DNA of 64,000 bases from Octopus bimaculoides (lineage: Eukaryota), in the NCBI RefSeq assembly GCF_001194135.2, contig NC_068992.1:24217169-24281168 (forward strand). The letters run 5' to 3'. Shown here one piece after another: positions 25,132-38,886 of the stretch. A program made the translations under genes and the position numbers. How positions within the stretch are numbered: the stretch's first letter is position 1; each line of letters begins with the position of its first letter. Below the pieces are notes generated by a model. The model did no database searches, was not told the DNA's origin, and was given only the letters and a program-made list of their open reading frames with translations.

Positions 25132-26007
25132 ACATTTGCTAGAATAATCTGAATGCTAAAAGAGTAATCCTTTTGGGATCAGTAAATTAAAGAACGAGTC
25201 AAGCACTGGTGGTGATGCAATTGATTTGCCCCTCCCTTCAAAATTAGTGGCCTTCTACCAAAAGTTGAAAGTATCATTGAGAATGGTAATTGTCAACCTA
25301 AGTTCAAAAACCTATTCAAAGTCAACTGCTTTGCATCATCCAACTAAATTGAATATAACAAGGGCTAATAACATAACGGGGGTGAATTCAGATGGAGATA
25401 ATGTTCCTTGGTAGAAGATCTTATTGCGCTGGCACAAATTATCTTAATATACAGTTTTCATTTTCATTTCACAACCACTGATGCACGTAGTCAGACACAC
25501 ACCCTTCTCTCTTTCTCTCTGTGCCTCTCTCACAGTCTATTTCTCTTTCCCCTCCTCCCCTATCTCTCTCTCTCTCTCTCATGCACACACATAGACACAT
25601 ATTCACACACTAATTCATATACAGAAATATTCGAATATTTCCTGGCGTGAAGAGGATAGGCATATGGTAATTGCAAAATTAATTAGGAGAATCCTGTGTA
25701 AACATACGTATAATTATCTGTGAGATAGTAAAAGAGAGAGAGGAGTAGAAGAAGAAGAAAAAGAAAAAACAAACAAAAATAAACAAAGAAAGACAGAAAG
25801 AAGGAAAACATTAATGGGCAGCAACCAAATGTCATGTTAAAATTTAAATACATATTCTCATATATTCTCTCTTTACATACTTGTACTAATAGTACATACA
25901 TTTGCCCACAAGTTCACATTCAAGACACACATCCACACACACATATACACCCATGCACGAATTAATTTATATGATATATTATTATAGGTAGGCTGGCAAC
26001 ATATATT

Positions 26008-26059
<52 letters not shown>

Positions 26060-26130
26060 GACAGATAGATAGATAGATAGATAGATAGATATACTCACAC
26101 ACACATATACATAAATATATAGATATATCA

Positions 26131-26164
<34 letters not shown>

Positions 26165-27465
26165 GGTGAGAGAATCTAAAATAAAATGTGTCTTTGCAAT
26201 TATTTGTATTCGTAAATAAATTGTCGTATTGATTATATTTAAAGAATTTGCTGCTTTCTTTAATGGNNNNNNNNNNNNNNNNNNNNNNNNNNNNNNNNNN
26301 NNNNNNNNNNNNNNNNNNNNNNNNNNNNNNNNNNNNNNNNNNNNNNNNNNNNNNNNNNNNNNNNNNNNNNNNNNNNNNNNNNNNNNNNNNNNNNNNNNNN
26401 NNNNNNNNNNNNNNNNNNNNNNNNNNNNNNNNNNNNNNNNNNNNNNNNNNNNNNNNNNNNNNNNNNNNNNNNNNNNNNNNNNNNNNNNNNNNNNNNNTTA
26501 TACGAATACCTTTTAATATGAAACAAATTAGTTTATGGTAGAACTTGAGATATTTCAACAATTATCTGAAATATTAGCAGAGAATTAACTTAAAGAGTTT
26601 TAGAAATCCTGTATGGTTTCATGAAGTCAATGAGAATTATCGAAACTATTTATGTTAATGAAAGAATATTTTTTTTCTTTCTAAAATAAATTTCTCAGTA
26701 GTTTTCAACTTCTTTTTTTCTTCATACTAACAGAGATGGGGTGGATATTTGTAAATATCATCATCAACATCATCATCGCCATTGCTTTAATGTCTGCATT
26801 TCTGTGCTTCTATAGGTTGGATGGAGTTTATTATTTTTTTTGAGGCAGATTGTCTTATGGCTGGATGCCTTCCCTGTTGCCAACCCTCACCTGTTTCCAA
26901 GCAAGGTAATATTTACCCAAGACCAGACATATTCTTGCACAATATTAGAAATGAGTGACACTGCTTATATGACAGTGAAACTCATTTACAACTATCAGAT
27001 GATGTCAAGAAAAGGACACACACATACATAAGCACAAACACACAGAGAGACACATGGACATATTCTGCCTGGCAGGAATCAACTTTAGTTCCTGTACATT
27101 CATTTGAAGGCAACAAAAGCATTTCCCGCCTTTATCAGTATCTTCTGAAGTATCTGTCTCTGAGTATGTGTGTGCATGTGTGAGTTTGTGTGTATGTGTG
27201 TGTGCGTGCGTGTATGTGTGTGTGTATAAATATTGTATGTGTATATATACTCTTTCAATGGAGAGTTCAAATCACTCTGACGATGTTTGTTACATGAAAT
27301 GAGATAAATGCAAGTTTACCTCAAAAATAACAAACTGAAACAGCTGTAAATGTTATTTTAACTATAATTAAACTATGACCATTCAAAATCAATGATCAAC
27401 TTCTAGTTGTTAATTGTTGCTCCATTTCTTCTCTTATCTGAATATATACTCTTTTATTCTTGTTC

Positions 27466-28020
27466 TATTAAACTTGTTTCAGTCATTAGACTGTGGCCAT
27501 GCTGGGCACCACCTTCAAGAATTTCAGTCAAATGAATTTACCTTAGTACACTTTTTATATATATATATTCCAAACCTGGTACTTACTCCATTGGTTTATT
27601 TTGACAAACTGCTAAATTTATTTCTTTATTACCAACACGGGGTTAAGCATAGAGGAGTCAAACGAGGACAGACAAAAGGGTTAAGTCGATTACATCGACC
27701 CCAGTGCGTAACTGGTACTTATTTCATCGACCCCACCAAAAGGATGAAAGGCAACGTCAACCTCAGCGGAATTTGAACTCAGAATGTAAAGACAGACGAA
27801 ATACCGTTAAGCATTTCGCCCGGCGTGCTAACATTTCTGCCAGCTCATTGCTAAATTATGGGGATATAAACACACCAACACCAGTTGTCAAGCATTTAGT
27901 CGGGGGACAAACACAGACACAAAAACAAACATGTATGCATGCACACATACTTGCCCACACAATTATATACAAGTGGCCTCTTTCAGTTCTCATCTGCCAA
28001 ATGCACTTCCAACGTTTTGG
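27466..28020 (-). mobile_element. SINE family B with a nested family A copy (about 27630-27848)
   Basis: Family B tail is split at ctgctaa(a/g)tta by a family A insertion. Confidence 0.7.
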
Positions 28021-28039
28021 CTACAGTAAAAGACAGTAT

Positions 28040-28292
28040 GTTGTGGGAGGCGTTTCAGCAGGGCCAATTTGGATGGAATTAAATGTGTAAAGGAGAATGA
28101 GGGAGGATTTTCACTGCAAGGGACATGTGAAGTCTTGAAAGAAATTAAATTAGCATGTCCTGCCAGATGAGTAATATCAGCGTGCAAGTTATGACAAAGA
28201 GTAAATGTTTTAAGAGACAAACTGGATATAAGAGGCATCAGATGTAGTATGCAAAAGAGAAAACTCTGCTGGTACAGTCATGTGATGTGTAG
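28040..28292 (+). mobile_element. Decayed RTE LINE ORF fragment
   Basis: Translates ...LRDKLDIRGIRCSMQKRKLCWYSHVM, typical of the post-RT region of RTE elements (LRWYGHVMR). Confidence 0.65.
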
Positions 28293-28345
28293 ACGTTTTT
28301 AAGTAAGTAAAAACGTTGATGGGGAAACCGGTATCCGATTAATTC
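28293..28345 (+). ncRNA. Possible 5'-truncated minimal hammerhead (3' half only)
   Basis: Hairpin ACGTTTTT-aagtaagt-AAAAACGT, then GAAA CCGG TA (palindromic ACCGGT stem III); CUGANGA half absent. Confidence 0.3.
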
Positions 28346-28602
28346 TTTATTTTGTATATTTCTATTTGTCTTGCCCGCTTATATTCTGGTGTTTGCTGAA
28401 TTTTTTCTAGAGAACATTATTTTCTTTGTGGTTGGGTCGTTGATGACCTCTTTTAAGGATATCGGATGTCCACTAAGGGGTCATTCCTTCTTATATGCAT
28501 ATATATATGTATGATAACAAGAAATAATATTTGTCTCTTTTTAGAGAAACGAAAGGGTTTATAGGACTGCAAAAGAAGTGCTCAAATATAAATGAGATGA
28601 AG

Positions 28603-28765
28603 ATAAAGAAGCGTTGGTTATAGAACAGACATGAAATTTGGGTCAAGGACTTTATATACAACACCACCCCTCAAACATTTAATCATTTATAAAAATCACC
28701 GTAGTGTTGTATATAAAGTCATTGCCCCAAATTTAATGTTTGTTCTATAACCAATGCTTCTTTAT
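28603..28765. repeat. Inverted repeat: 65-bp arms, 33-bp spacer, 6 mismatches
   Basis: 28603-28667 vs reverse complement of 28701-28765. Confidence 0.9.
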
Positions 28766-28786
28766 ATATATATATATATATATATA

Positions 28787-28940
28787 TGCTGGGCTTCTTT
28801 CAGTTTCTGTCGGTCAAATTCAATCACAGGACACTGGTTGGCCTATAGATATAGAAGACATTTGCCCAAGGTGCCACACAGTAGGACTGAACCCAGCACT
28901 ATGCAGTTGGGAAGCATGCTTTTCTACCACACAGTCACAT
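28787..28940 (-). mobile_element. SINE family B head/CORE part
   Basis: Similar to 6245-6405. Confidence 0.75.
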
Positions 28941-29424
28941 GTGTACGTATACATTTTGTTTTTCTCTCCTTATCTTGACATTATGTAATAGCTTTAAGCA
29001 ACTATCACATCTTAAAAGCAGAGCTATTCATTTCTTAGTCATAGAAAAGTGGGCATTAAGATGATGATGATGATGATGATATTCAAACACACACACACAT
29101 ATACACACACATACAAAAACCTGCACATTCTCTTTTCTCTCTCTTTTTTTTTTTTTTTCTGCATTGCTTCATCTCTTCTCTTGTCTAATTTTCAGCGAAG
29201 TAACAAGGCCAGAAGAAGTTTAACAATGTAGAAGATAATATTCAGTAGCAGAGTTCAAGGGGTCACATGTTCTCTGAGGCACTTTTTTTCTCCCCCTTTT
29301 TAACTATTCCAACTTATGAAACTTAAAGCAATGATCACAACAACAATGATAATGATGGAGGTGGTGGTGGTGGTGACGGTGGTGGTGGTGTTTGAGAGCG
29401 ATAGCATAAGATGTGTTCAGGAAA

Positions 29425-29658
29425 AAGGCAGCGAGCTGGCAGAAACGTTAGCACACTGGGTGAAATGCTTAGTGGTATTTCGTCTGCCATGATGTTCTGA
29501 GTTCAAATTCCACCGAGGTCGACGTTGCTTTTCATCCTTTCGGGGGCGATTAAATAAGTTCCAGTTATGCGCTGGGGTTGATGTAATCAACTTAATCCCT
29601 TTGTCTGTCCTTGTTTGTCCCCTCCATGTTTAGCCCCGTGTGGGTAATAAAGACATAA
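29425..29658 (+). mobile_element. SINE family A
   Basis: Full head, central domain and tail. Confidence 0.85.
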
Positions 29659-30065
29659 ATATACTGATCCTGCTAAACATAGAAAACACAGAGTCAGAAA
29701 CAAAAAATACTACAAGCGAGGAAGACTGATAGAGACAGATAATTCTAGCTCAACCCATAGACTCTTCTGCTATATCAGTGGTTCCAAGGATTTTCAGGCT
29801 GCTGCCCCCTTGATACCCGGGCCACATTCCTAGCGCCCCCACCCCAACTGCATTTCACAAATAAAACATAACCTAACAAACCGATTATTTTCTAGTTTTT
29901 ACATGAATTGCTATCCTATAATCGCCCCACTTTTCTTCAATGCCCCCAGGGGTAGGGGCAATACCACCCACTTTGAGAACAACTCTATGTTATATTCATC
30001 CAAGGATTTGGCTTTGATTCCATGCAAGAATCAAACAGGAAACCACAAATATCTAAATTTATAAT

Positions 30066-30158
30066 ACCGTTCTATATTTTAGAGACAAAGAATTCTGTAC
30101 ATTATTTACATTAGACGGATATGTATCCTTATTTTGTTTGTTGTTACCACGTTTCAGC
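30066..30158 (-). mobile_element. Fragment of the hammerhead-bearing element (3' part only, from gctgaaacgt onward)
   Basis: Reverse complement matches 53342-53440; truncated by a family A SINE tail. Confidence 0.65.
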
Positions 30159-31682
30159 ACTGGGGTCGATGTAATTGACTAACCTCCTCACCCAAATTTC
30201 AGGCCTTGCACCCATTGCAGAAAGGATTAATATCATTATTATTATTATTATTAGTAGTAGTAGTAAGGTGTTGAGCGGGGGAATTAAAATGCTTAGCAGC
30301 ATTTCACCTGTTTTTACATTCTGAGTTCAAATTCTGTTGCGGTTGACTTTGCCTTTCATCCTTTTGGGGTTGATAAATGAAGTACCAGTGAAACTAATCC
30401 CCACCTCACAAATCTAAGGCCTTGTGCCTCCAGCAGAAAGGATTATAATTATAATTATTATTATTATTATTATTACTAGTAGTAGTAGTAATAGTAGTAG
30501 TAGTAGTAGAAGCAGCAGAAGTAGTAGTAGTAGCAGCAGCAGCATTCCTTCACTGCAGTTGATGGCAGAATCAGACGAGTATTGGACACAGTACCTTGCA
30601 ATATTGAGTTCTGTCTGTTTACAGCCTGTATTCAAATTCCACCAGAGTGACCACTATTCTCCTTTTTCCCAAATACATACAAAATCTGAGTCGAAAGGTC
30701 GTCTTACAGTATCTAAAACCTTATTAATTCTCCGAGAGGGTTAGAACTATTATCCGACTCCTGTATATCACTCATAGCAACAGTTGATACCATGGTGAAT
30801 AATAGATTTCATGCAGTGTTTTCTTCCTCATCTATGGAATATCAGGGGAAGTATTTCACATGAATTTATTGATTAATAATACTTATACTATCTAACCTAT
30901 TAGAATGAAAGGCTGAAATCAATGTTATAACCAGCTTTGCTACTGTAGCATTTAGCCAGTATGAAATCATCAGATCATATTGCCATTTTGGATGTCAGGA
31001 AATGACAAATTCAACATCAGCCAAACCAGTAGTATCTCATAAGGATTTGTTAGCTTTAATGCCGAAGAAGAAGGAAGGTTTAAGTTATCAATTTGGAGTC
31101 ATTATTCTTATAACGTGAACGAATGAGATTAGGATGGTCAAAGTTTGAAATCTGCTGCATAAAGAGAGTTCAAACAAAGTTAGAAAATATGGAAAAAGGA
31201 ATGCGTTTACAGCAGTAACACGCAGCAAAGAACTTTCTCAGCTTCAGTAAGAGACATTAAGCCTATGATATTTAAATGATATTCACGTTGCTGCAATCTA
31301 AGTAGATGAGAAAATGGAAGCAAAATTAAACAAGAAGCTAAACATTTCTTTGTACCTTAACTTATTCTCGGATCTTACAATTATATTCATATCCTGTCCC
31401 TATAGATCCAGTCAGTTACTGAGTCCATTTATGTCATAGAAAAATAGATAGAAAAATAGACTCATCACAGCTTGAAAAGCAAATCATTGAATTATTCTCC
31501 TACTTACACACACACACATACACTATGAAGACAATGTATATGTTGCCTCTATTATGTATATATAATATGATTACTTATATGACTGTATTCGTAGGACCAG
31601 CCTCAACCTTTACTCACAAAGCACTACTCTGATTGTGCCACATGATTCTGTTAAGTGTACATGAGTCTATGGAATATAGTGA

Positions 31683-31870
31683 AGGTGTGTGGCTTAGAGG
31701 TTAGTGCATTTGGCTCATAATTTTAAGACCACGAGTTCAGTTTCTGGTGGTTTATTGTGTCCTTCAACGAAACACTTTATTTCATGTTGCTTAAGTCCAC
31801 ATCAGCTGTCAAAAATGAGTAGTACCTGTTTTGCAAAAGGCCAGTACAATATCATTCATAACTACAAACA
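31683..31870 (+). mobile_element. SINE family C (degenerate)
   Basis: tRNA-like head, aaacactttatttcatgttgct central motif. Confidence 0.6.
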
Positions 31871-31989
31871 TTACACATCCTGCTGTAGACAATGCTTGCT
31901 TTTTTTTTTTTCTCACTAATTTCCATCCACTCTCCAGATTCAGGTACCTTGCTTCAGTATCATACAGCATCACAGATGTTAAATAATGA

Positions 31990-32760
<771 letters not shown>

Positions 32761-33884
32761 ACATACATCTCTGAATAGATTCAACTGTTGTCCATTTTAT
32801 GTGACACATCCACTGTATTTGGTGGCATAAAAGGCACACGCGAGTGATTAGACACCTAGCAATTTTCACAGCAACATACTCAGGAGAAACAGTATTTAAT
32901 GCATTAAATTATGTGATAAAGACTGATCTTCAAATATAGGTCCCAAGATGATTCTTTTTAGACATTTTCTTTTTTTTTTTTTTATGAGAGAAAAAAAGTG
33001 TGTCTTATATTCAATGAATACAGTTCATATCTACTTTTAGACCTCTGGAAGAATTATCTGTAACAATACAATGGAAATTCTAATATTTGAACAAAAAATT
33101 GTCTGCAGCTAATGCCATGACATAGCGACTGAATAAGAATGTGATGTAATATTTTCGAGAGAAATACAATAATATAAAACGACTATATACATTCCATAAA
33201 TATTACTTGAAAAAAAAATGAACATTTTAATTTTTTTGCTTACTTCACATTAATACCTTTGGCTCAACTCTGAAATGCTAAACCAGCCATGTTAATCTTA
33301 CTATGGGCATTCTGAAACATATTGCTATCGAACTTAACACAGTTGTAAACATTAAACAATGATGGCACCTCTATATTCTATCACACTGTAGTTTTTCTTT
33401 TTAATTTAAATTTTAATTTTCTTTACATCTTAGTCTTTTATGTTTGTTTCTTTCCTTTTTTATATTTGAGACTCCTTCTGTAAGGTTTTAGAGCGAGCAC
33501 GTTTACAATTTCTTCTACAGCATATTACTACATATAAGAGCAAATAACTATTCTAACAGATAGTTGATTAAACATACTTAGCAAGTGATGGCAAGCTATC
33601 TATTAGAGACGCACCAACTAAGAACTACATAGACTATTGATTAAATCTGGTCAAGGTAATTTCCTTAATGTTAACGATAATATTAGTCACAGCTTTGATT
33701 TAGATTGTGGCTTATCAAGTGAAACAACATGTGAAATTGCATAGCTAATTACTCATAACCATGTTGGATGCTTTTAACATCAGTCAGCAAGCTAACAGGT
33801 TTAGAATGTCTGCATTGGAAAACCGCATAAAACAAATGTTTCATGTGTGTGCATATGTGGGTACACACACGCATGTGTGTGTGT

Positions 33885-33928
<44 letters not shown>

Positions 33929-34087
33929 GCGTGCGTACACAAATATACGAGTATATACACACAAGCATATATGTATATGTGCATCTGTGTTTGTATGAGT
34001 ATAAATACATGAAAATGTGTATAAACACATTTGTATAATGATATTTGCATGTAACTATGGTGCATGAAGCAATAATGAGAGTGTGTG

Positions 34088-34135
<48 letters not shown>

Positions 34136-34260
34136 GATACACACGCATTTACCAAAGTACATATAAGTGTGTCATTAAAAGAGTGCATAAATGCATATAC
34201 TTATATACATATATATGGTTATGCTTGTAGAGTTTTATAACATGGGTGCATGCATGAATG

Positions 34261-34292
<32 letters not shown>

Positions 34293-34429
34293 CAAATATT
34301 ATGAACAGATTAATTCCTGAAAGGAATTTCATGTTTCTATCACAGTTTTCATGACAATAACAGAAAAAAAAATCTACAAATAAAATTTATTTACAACAAT
34401 CAAGATAAATTGCATTGATTTATAAATAT

Positions 34430-34725
34430 ATCCATCTATATATATACATATACAGATATATATATTTATGTGCATATAAATATAAATATGTATATATTTA
34501 TATTTATAAATATATATATATTCACATATATACATATATGTACAAATATATACATTTACATATATGTATGTATGTACACACACACACATATGTATATACA
34601 CACATATATATATATATGTACATACACATATATATACATATATATGTGTAGGCATATATATTCATTTACATATATAGATATATATGTGTACCTATGCATA
34701 TATGTGCATACATATGTATGTATGC

Positions 34726-34762
<37 letters not shown>

Positions 34763-34772
34763 TGTATATATG

Positions 34773-34852
<80 letters not shown>

Positions 34853-34979
34853 CATATATATAAATATATTTATATATATAAATATATATATACATATATA
34901 CATACATATACGTACAAATATATATATACCTATATACATATATATAAATATATTTATATATAATATATATATAAATGTT

Positions 34980-35010
<31 letters not shown>

Positions 35011-35020
35011 TATAAATGTT

Positions 35021-35047
<27 letters not shown>
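34430..35047. repeat. Long degenerate (AT)n microsatellite
   Basis: Direct inspection. Confidence 0.95.
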
Positions 35048-35052
<5 letters not shown>

Positions 35053-35907
35053 CACAATTTCTTCACAATGATAACATAAAATGTGTAGTAAAACAGTAAA
35101 ATAAAGATGGAAAGTATTAGAAATTAAATGCTGAGAATGTGAAACATGAAAATATACTCAGCATGAAATTGAAGATATATAAGAAAGTTTGTTTGGCAAT
35201 AACTGTAAACAAAAAGAAAATTAATACATGCTGACATTAACACATGAAAATGATTGACAGTATCGAGTGCTGTTATATTGTAAGTATTGACATTCAAGCA
35301 GCGAGATTTCACCAAAACAATTAACTAAGAAAATTTAACAGAAATAAAAAGAAAATTACTAATAGTCTACGAGCAAGAATAACTAAAAATGCAACAGAGA
35401 GTGAAAGACAAAAAGCAAAGAAATTTGAAAAAAAAAGAAAAGAAAATCTTATCTGTGAAGCATGCAGATATCTAATAATAATAATATAAATGATAAAATG
35501 ATATTTGGTCACAAGTAAAAGGAGAATTCAGTTAACAATGTAATAAAAAATATCTATATATACATTTTCAAAATATTATGAACACATAAGGGGGGGGGGA
35601 TGTTTAATATATTTGCATGTGTATATCCATACATGCATATATATATATATATATATTTATTTATTTATCTATCTCTCTATATATATGCAATTATGCTTGT
35701 CTGTGTGCATACATATATAAAAACTGATAGATAAATACTTATGGAGGATAATCATAAAAATATATCTATGTTGCACTAAAATTTGCCACAAACAAGTGTA
35801 AGTGAAGGGGAAAAAAAAAACAACTTTTTCTTTATTGGTATAAATTCAAAATACTCGTACACGCAACCATGGAGATTCAAAGCTTGAGCAAGAAAATGTT
35901 AGCTTAC

Positions 35908-35952
35908 CACGCTTTCTGTTGTCTCTTCCTTTGGGTCCTTCTTTACGTGGAT
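35908..35952 (-). CDS. Putative 45-nt exon (D)PRKEGPKGRDNRKR (alternative frame IHVKKDPKEETTESV)
   Basis: Strong acceptor ttttttttttaattctttcag and donor GTG|gtaagc; frame-preserving length. Confidence 0.55.
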
Positions 35953-36057
35953 CTGAAAGAATTAAAAAAAAATATTGCAGGAGTTTAGCCAGAGACAAAG
36001 ATAATTTTTCATTTTTAATTTACATACATAATACATAGGCAAAAGAGTGGTTATAGG

Positions 36058-36320
36058 AGCAGGAGTGGCTGTGGGGTAAGTAAATTGCTTACCAACCACA
36101 TGGTTCCAGGTTCAGTCCCACTGCATGGAACCTTAGGCAAGTGTCTTCTATTACAGCCTCGGGCTAACCAAAACCCTGTGAGTGGATTTGGTAGACAAAA
36201 ACTGAAAGAAGCCCATTATGTATATATATAGGTGCTGGAGTGGTTATGTGGTAAATAGCTTGCTTACCAACCACATGGTTCTGGGTTCAGTCCCACAGAG
36301 TGGCACCTTAGGCACTCTAC
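36058..36320 (+). mobile_element. SINE family B copy plus a second truncated head
   Basis: Two gtggYtRtgKggtaa heads in tandem. Confidence 0.75.
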
Positions 36321-36835
36321 ATATATATATATATTTCTGTGCCTGTGTTTGTCACCACCACCAATGGCAAATATGCACATAAACTGTTGTTATACAATCA
36401 AGTAGCAAAAATAACACAACACAGAATATCTAGATACATAATCAGCATTTGCTTTAATTATCTTAATGAATCCAAAATTCCTTCATAATCCTTCATATTC
36501 ACATTGTGCCATAATCATTAGAGCGAGGATCTGAATAGATCATCAGCTCAAAATATCCATGCTAATGTCGATATTTGAACTCAACTATTGTAAACCAAAT
36601 GAAGAAGCTTCTGTAATAAGTAACGGAAAACCATTACAGCAAGCTGCATTAATGATATTACCATTTTCAGTTTAATCTATTGTACTAGACCCAATGGTAT
36701 ACAAGCTACTAATGGAGTAAATTATTAAATTTGTGTGATGTTATTTCATCAACATGATTACTTTGAAAGCTAATATCTGGAATCACTGTTCATCATAGAA
36801 ACACTTGATTTTTGGTTTTAGACTCTTTTCTATCC

Positions 36836-37252
36836 TTAACCCTTTAGAATTTTTTAAACCTGGCCATATCCAGCTCAAATGTTATACCTGTTTTATAGAC
36901 AGACTGGCCATATTCACCCTCTCGTGCCTACCCTACACTGCCATACTAAAAATAAACAAACACATCATCGAAATCTCAATGCAAAAAGATAATGGGCTGG
37001 TAAGCTGAGGGGCTGCACCAGACTCCAGTCTGATTTCGCATGGTTTCTACGGCTGGATGCCCTTCTTAACACCTACCACACTGAGAGTGTAATGGGTGCA
37101 TTTACATGCTACTGTCACAGGTGCCAGTTGGGTGACACCAGTATTTGCCACAGCTGAGATTTCATTTGTCACTGCCTCCTGTGAGGCCCAGCGCTCAAAA
37201 GGTGCTAATAAGTACTAAATTTGACAGAATAGTCTGAATGCTAAAGGGTTAA
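36836..37252 (-). mobile_element. piggyBac-type MITE with an RTE 3' UTR fragment inside (about 36995-37205)
   Basis: TTAA-CCCTTTAG...CTAAAGGG-TTAA intact at both ends. Confidence 0.75.
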
Positions 37253-37283
37253 AGTAAGCAGCCCTAAGAATAACTACTCAGTA

Positions 37284-38057
37284 TTATGTGTGAAAAAGTG
37301 TCACACTCTAGTAGTTGAGGGAACCTGTGGAAGAGGTAGACTTAGGAAGACCTAGAATGAGGTGGTGAAGCATGACCTTCGAACATTAGGCCTCACCGAG
37401 GAAATGACTAGTGACCGAGATCTTTGGAGATATGCTGTACTTGAGAAGACCCGGCAAGCCAAGTGAGACCATAACCCATGGCTTATACCAGTGGTGTAAC
37501 CAACCCACTTATGTGTACCTTTCCTTCATTGAATACTAAACTCTGTTTGCGAAGACCTGTTGACGCAAGTGAAATCGAAATCAAATTCGATGCTAGCACT
37601 GCGTGACTGCATCCGTGCTAGTGGAGCGCTAAGCGCACCATCCGAGCATGATTGTTGCCAGGGCCACTGACTGGCTGGTGGCACATAAAAAGCACCATTC
37701 AAGCGTGATCATTACAAGTGTTGCCTTACTGGCATTTGTGCCAGTGACACATGAAAAACAACATTCAAGCGAGGTGCCGCTGGACTGACACCTGTGCAGG
37801 TGGCACGTAAAAAACACCTTTTGAGAGTGGCCATTGCCAGTACTGCTTGACTGGCCTTCATACCAGTGGCATGTAAAAACACCCACTACACACTCAGAGT
37901 GGTTGGCGTTAGGAAGGGCATGCAGCTGTAGAAACTCTGCCAGATCAGATTGGAGCCTGGTGCAACCATCTGGCTCACCAGTCCTCAGTCAAACTGTCCA
38001 ACCCATGTTAGCATGGAAAGCAGATGTAAAACGATGATGATGATGATGATGATGATA
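37284..38057 (+). mobile_element. RTE LINE 3' end: ORF C-terminus, 3' UTR and (GAT)n tail
   Basis: Translates EKCHTLVVEGTCGRGRLRKT*NEVVKHDLRTLGLTEEMTSDRDLWRYAVLEKTRQAK*, a GRGRPRKTW...DR..WR RTE signature. Confidence 0.85.
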
Positions 38058-38814
38058 TTCTTAGCCAAAATCTCTTGAGTATCAGCAGCAGCAGTATGGC
38101 AACGACGGAACTTTGAGAAACCTAGCTGATTGATTGGTAGACTGAACGATAAGTCAACTATCTAACCAATAGATAAGTCAATTGGTTAAATAGTTAATCA
38201 ATTGACTAATAAATAATGAAGTGAAATAGAACCAGTGCATGTGTTTATCAGCATAATAATACACCCAAGATACAACAAAATATGTCAAATGTGAGAAAAG
38301 AAAATTGATTATAATTCAACTGAAACAAACTAACATGATATTTATTTGTTTACCCGATAATATTTATCAGCAATTATATTTGAGATGCCAAAAAGAGCAA
38401 GAATATCATAAAATATCTAAGAAAAGGCTGCTAATATTTTCGTCTTTGGCAATCTTCCACCTCATATGGGAGCAGTGAGAAAATAGAACAGTGGGGCAAT
38501 GGAAAAATAATACACAGAAAAACAGACAGTTTCACTATGTCTATCATTACTAAAAGAAAAACGAAACTGCAGTGTTGTCAGTAGAGAAAGCTAATCAATT
38601 CAAGAACAAAACATATAAAGAAATTTAAAAAAAAACCCATTCTAGATCTGCTCCAACAGTTTTGTTTTTGTAAACAATCTTCTACGGTTAATATTATGTG
38701 ACTTGGTTATAAGCAATACACTACTTATAGGTCAGTCTGCTTCTGGGAGAGAAAACAATATACAGACAGAGAAAATAATTTGATTATTCAAGAAAAATAA
38801 TTAAAGAGGTTTAC

Positions 38815-38886
38815 CAAATGTGTTTACAGGAAAGCTATAGTTTGGTGAAACCAGAATAGAGTATTGTCTCCATTCGATGTCTGGAT
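38815..38886 (-). CDS. Putative 72-nt exon (D)PDIEWRQYSILVSPNYSFPVNTF
   Basis: Acceptor atattttgtcatag, donor TTG|gtaaac; phase 1->1, compatible with 35908-35952. Confidence 0.4.

Larger units (their letters stand above)
24190..25167 (-). mobile_element. piggyBac-type MITE interrupted by a solo LTR and a SINE
   Basis: MITE pieces 24190-24297, 24728-24815 and 25132-25167 join into the 19.8 kb consensus. Confidence 0.7.
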
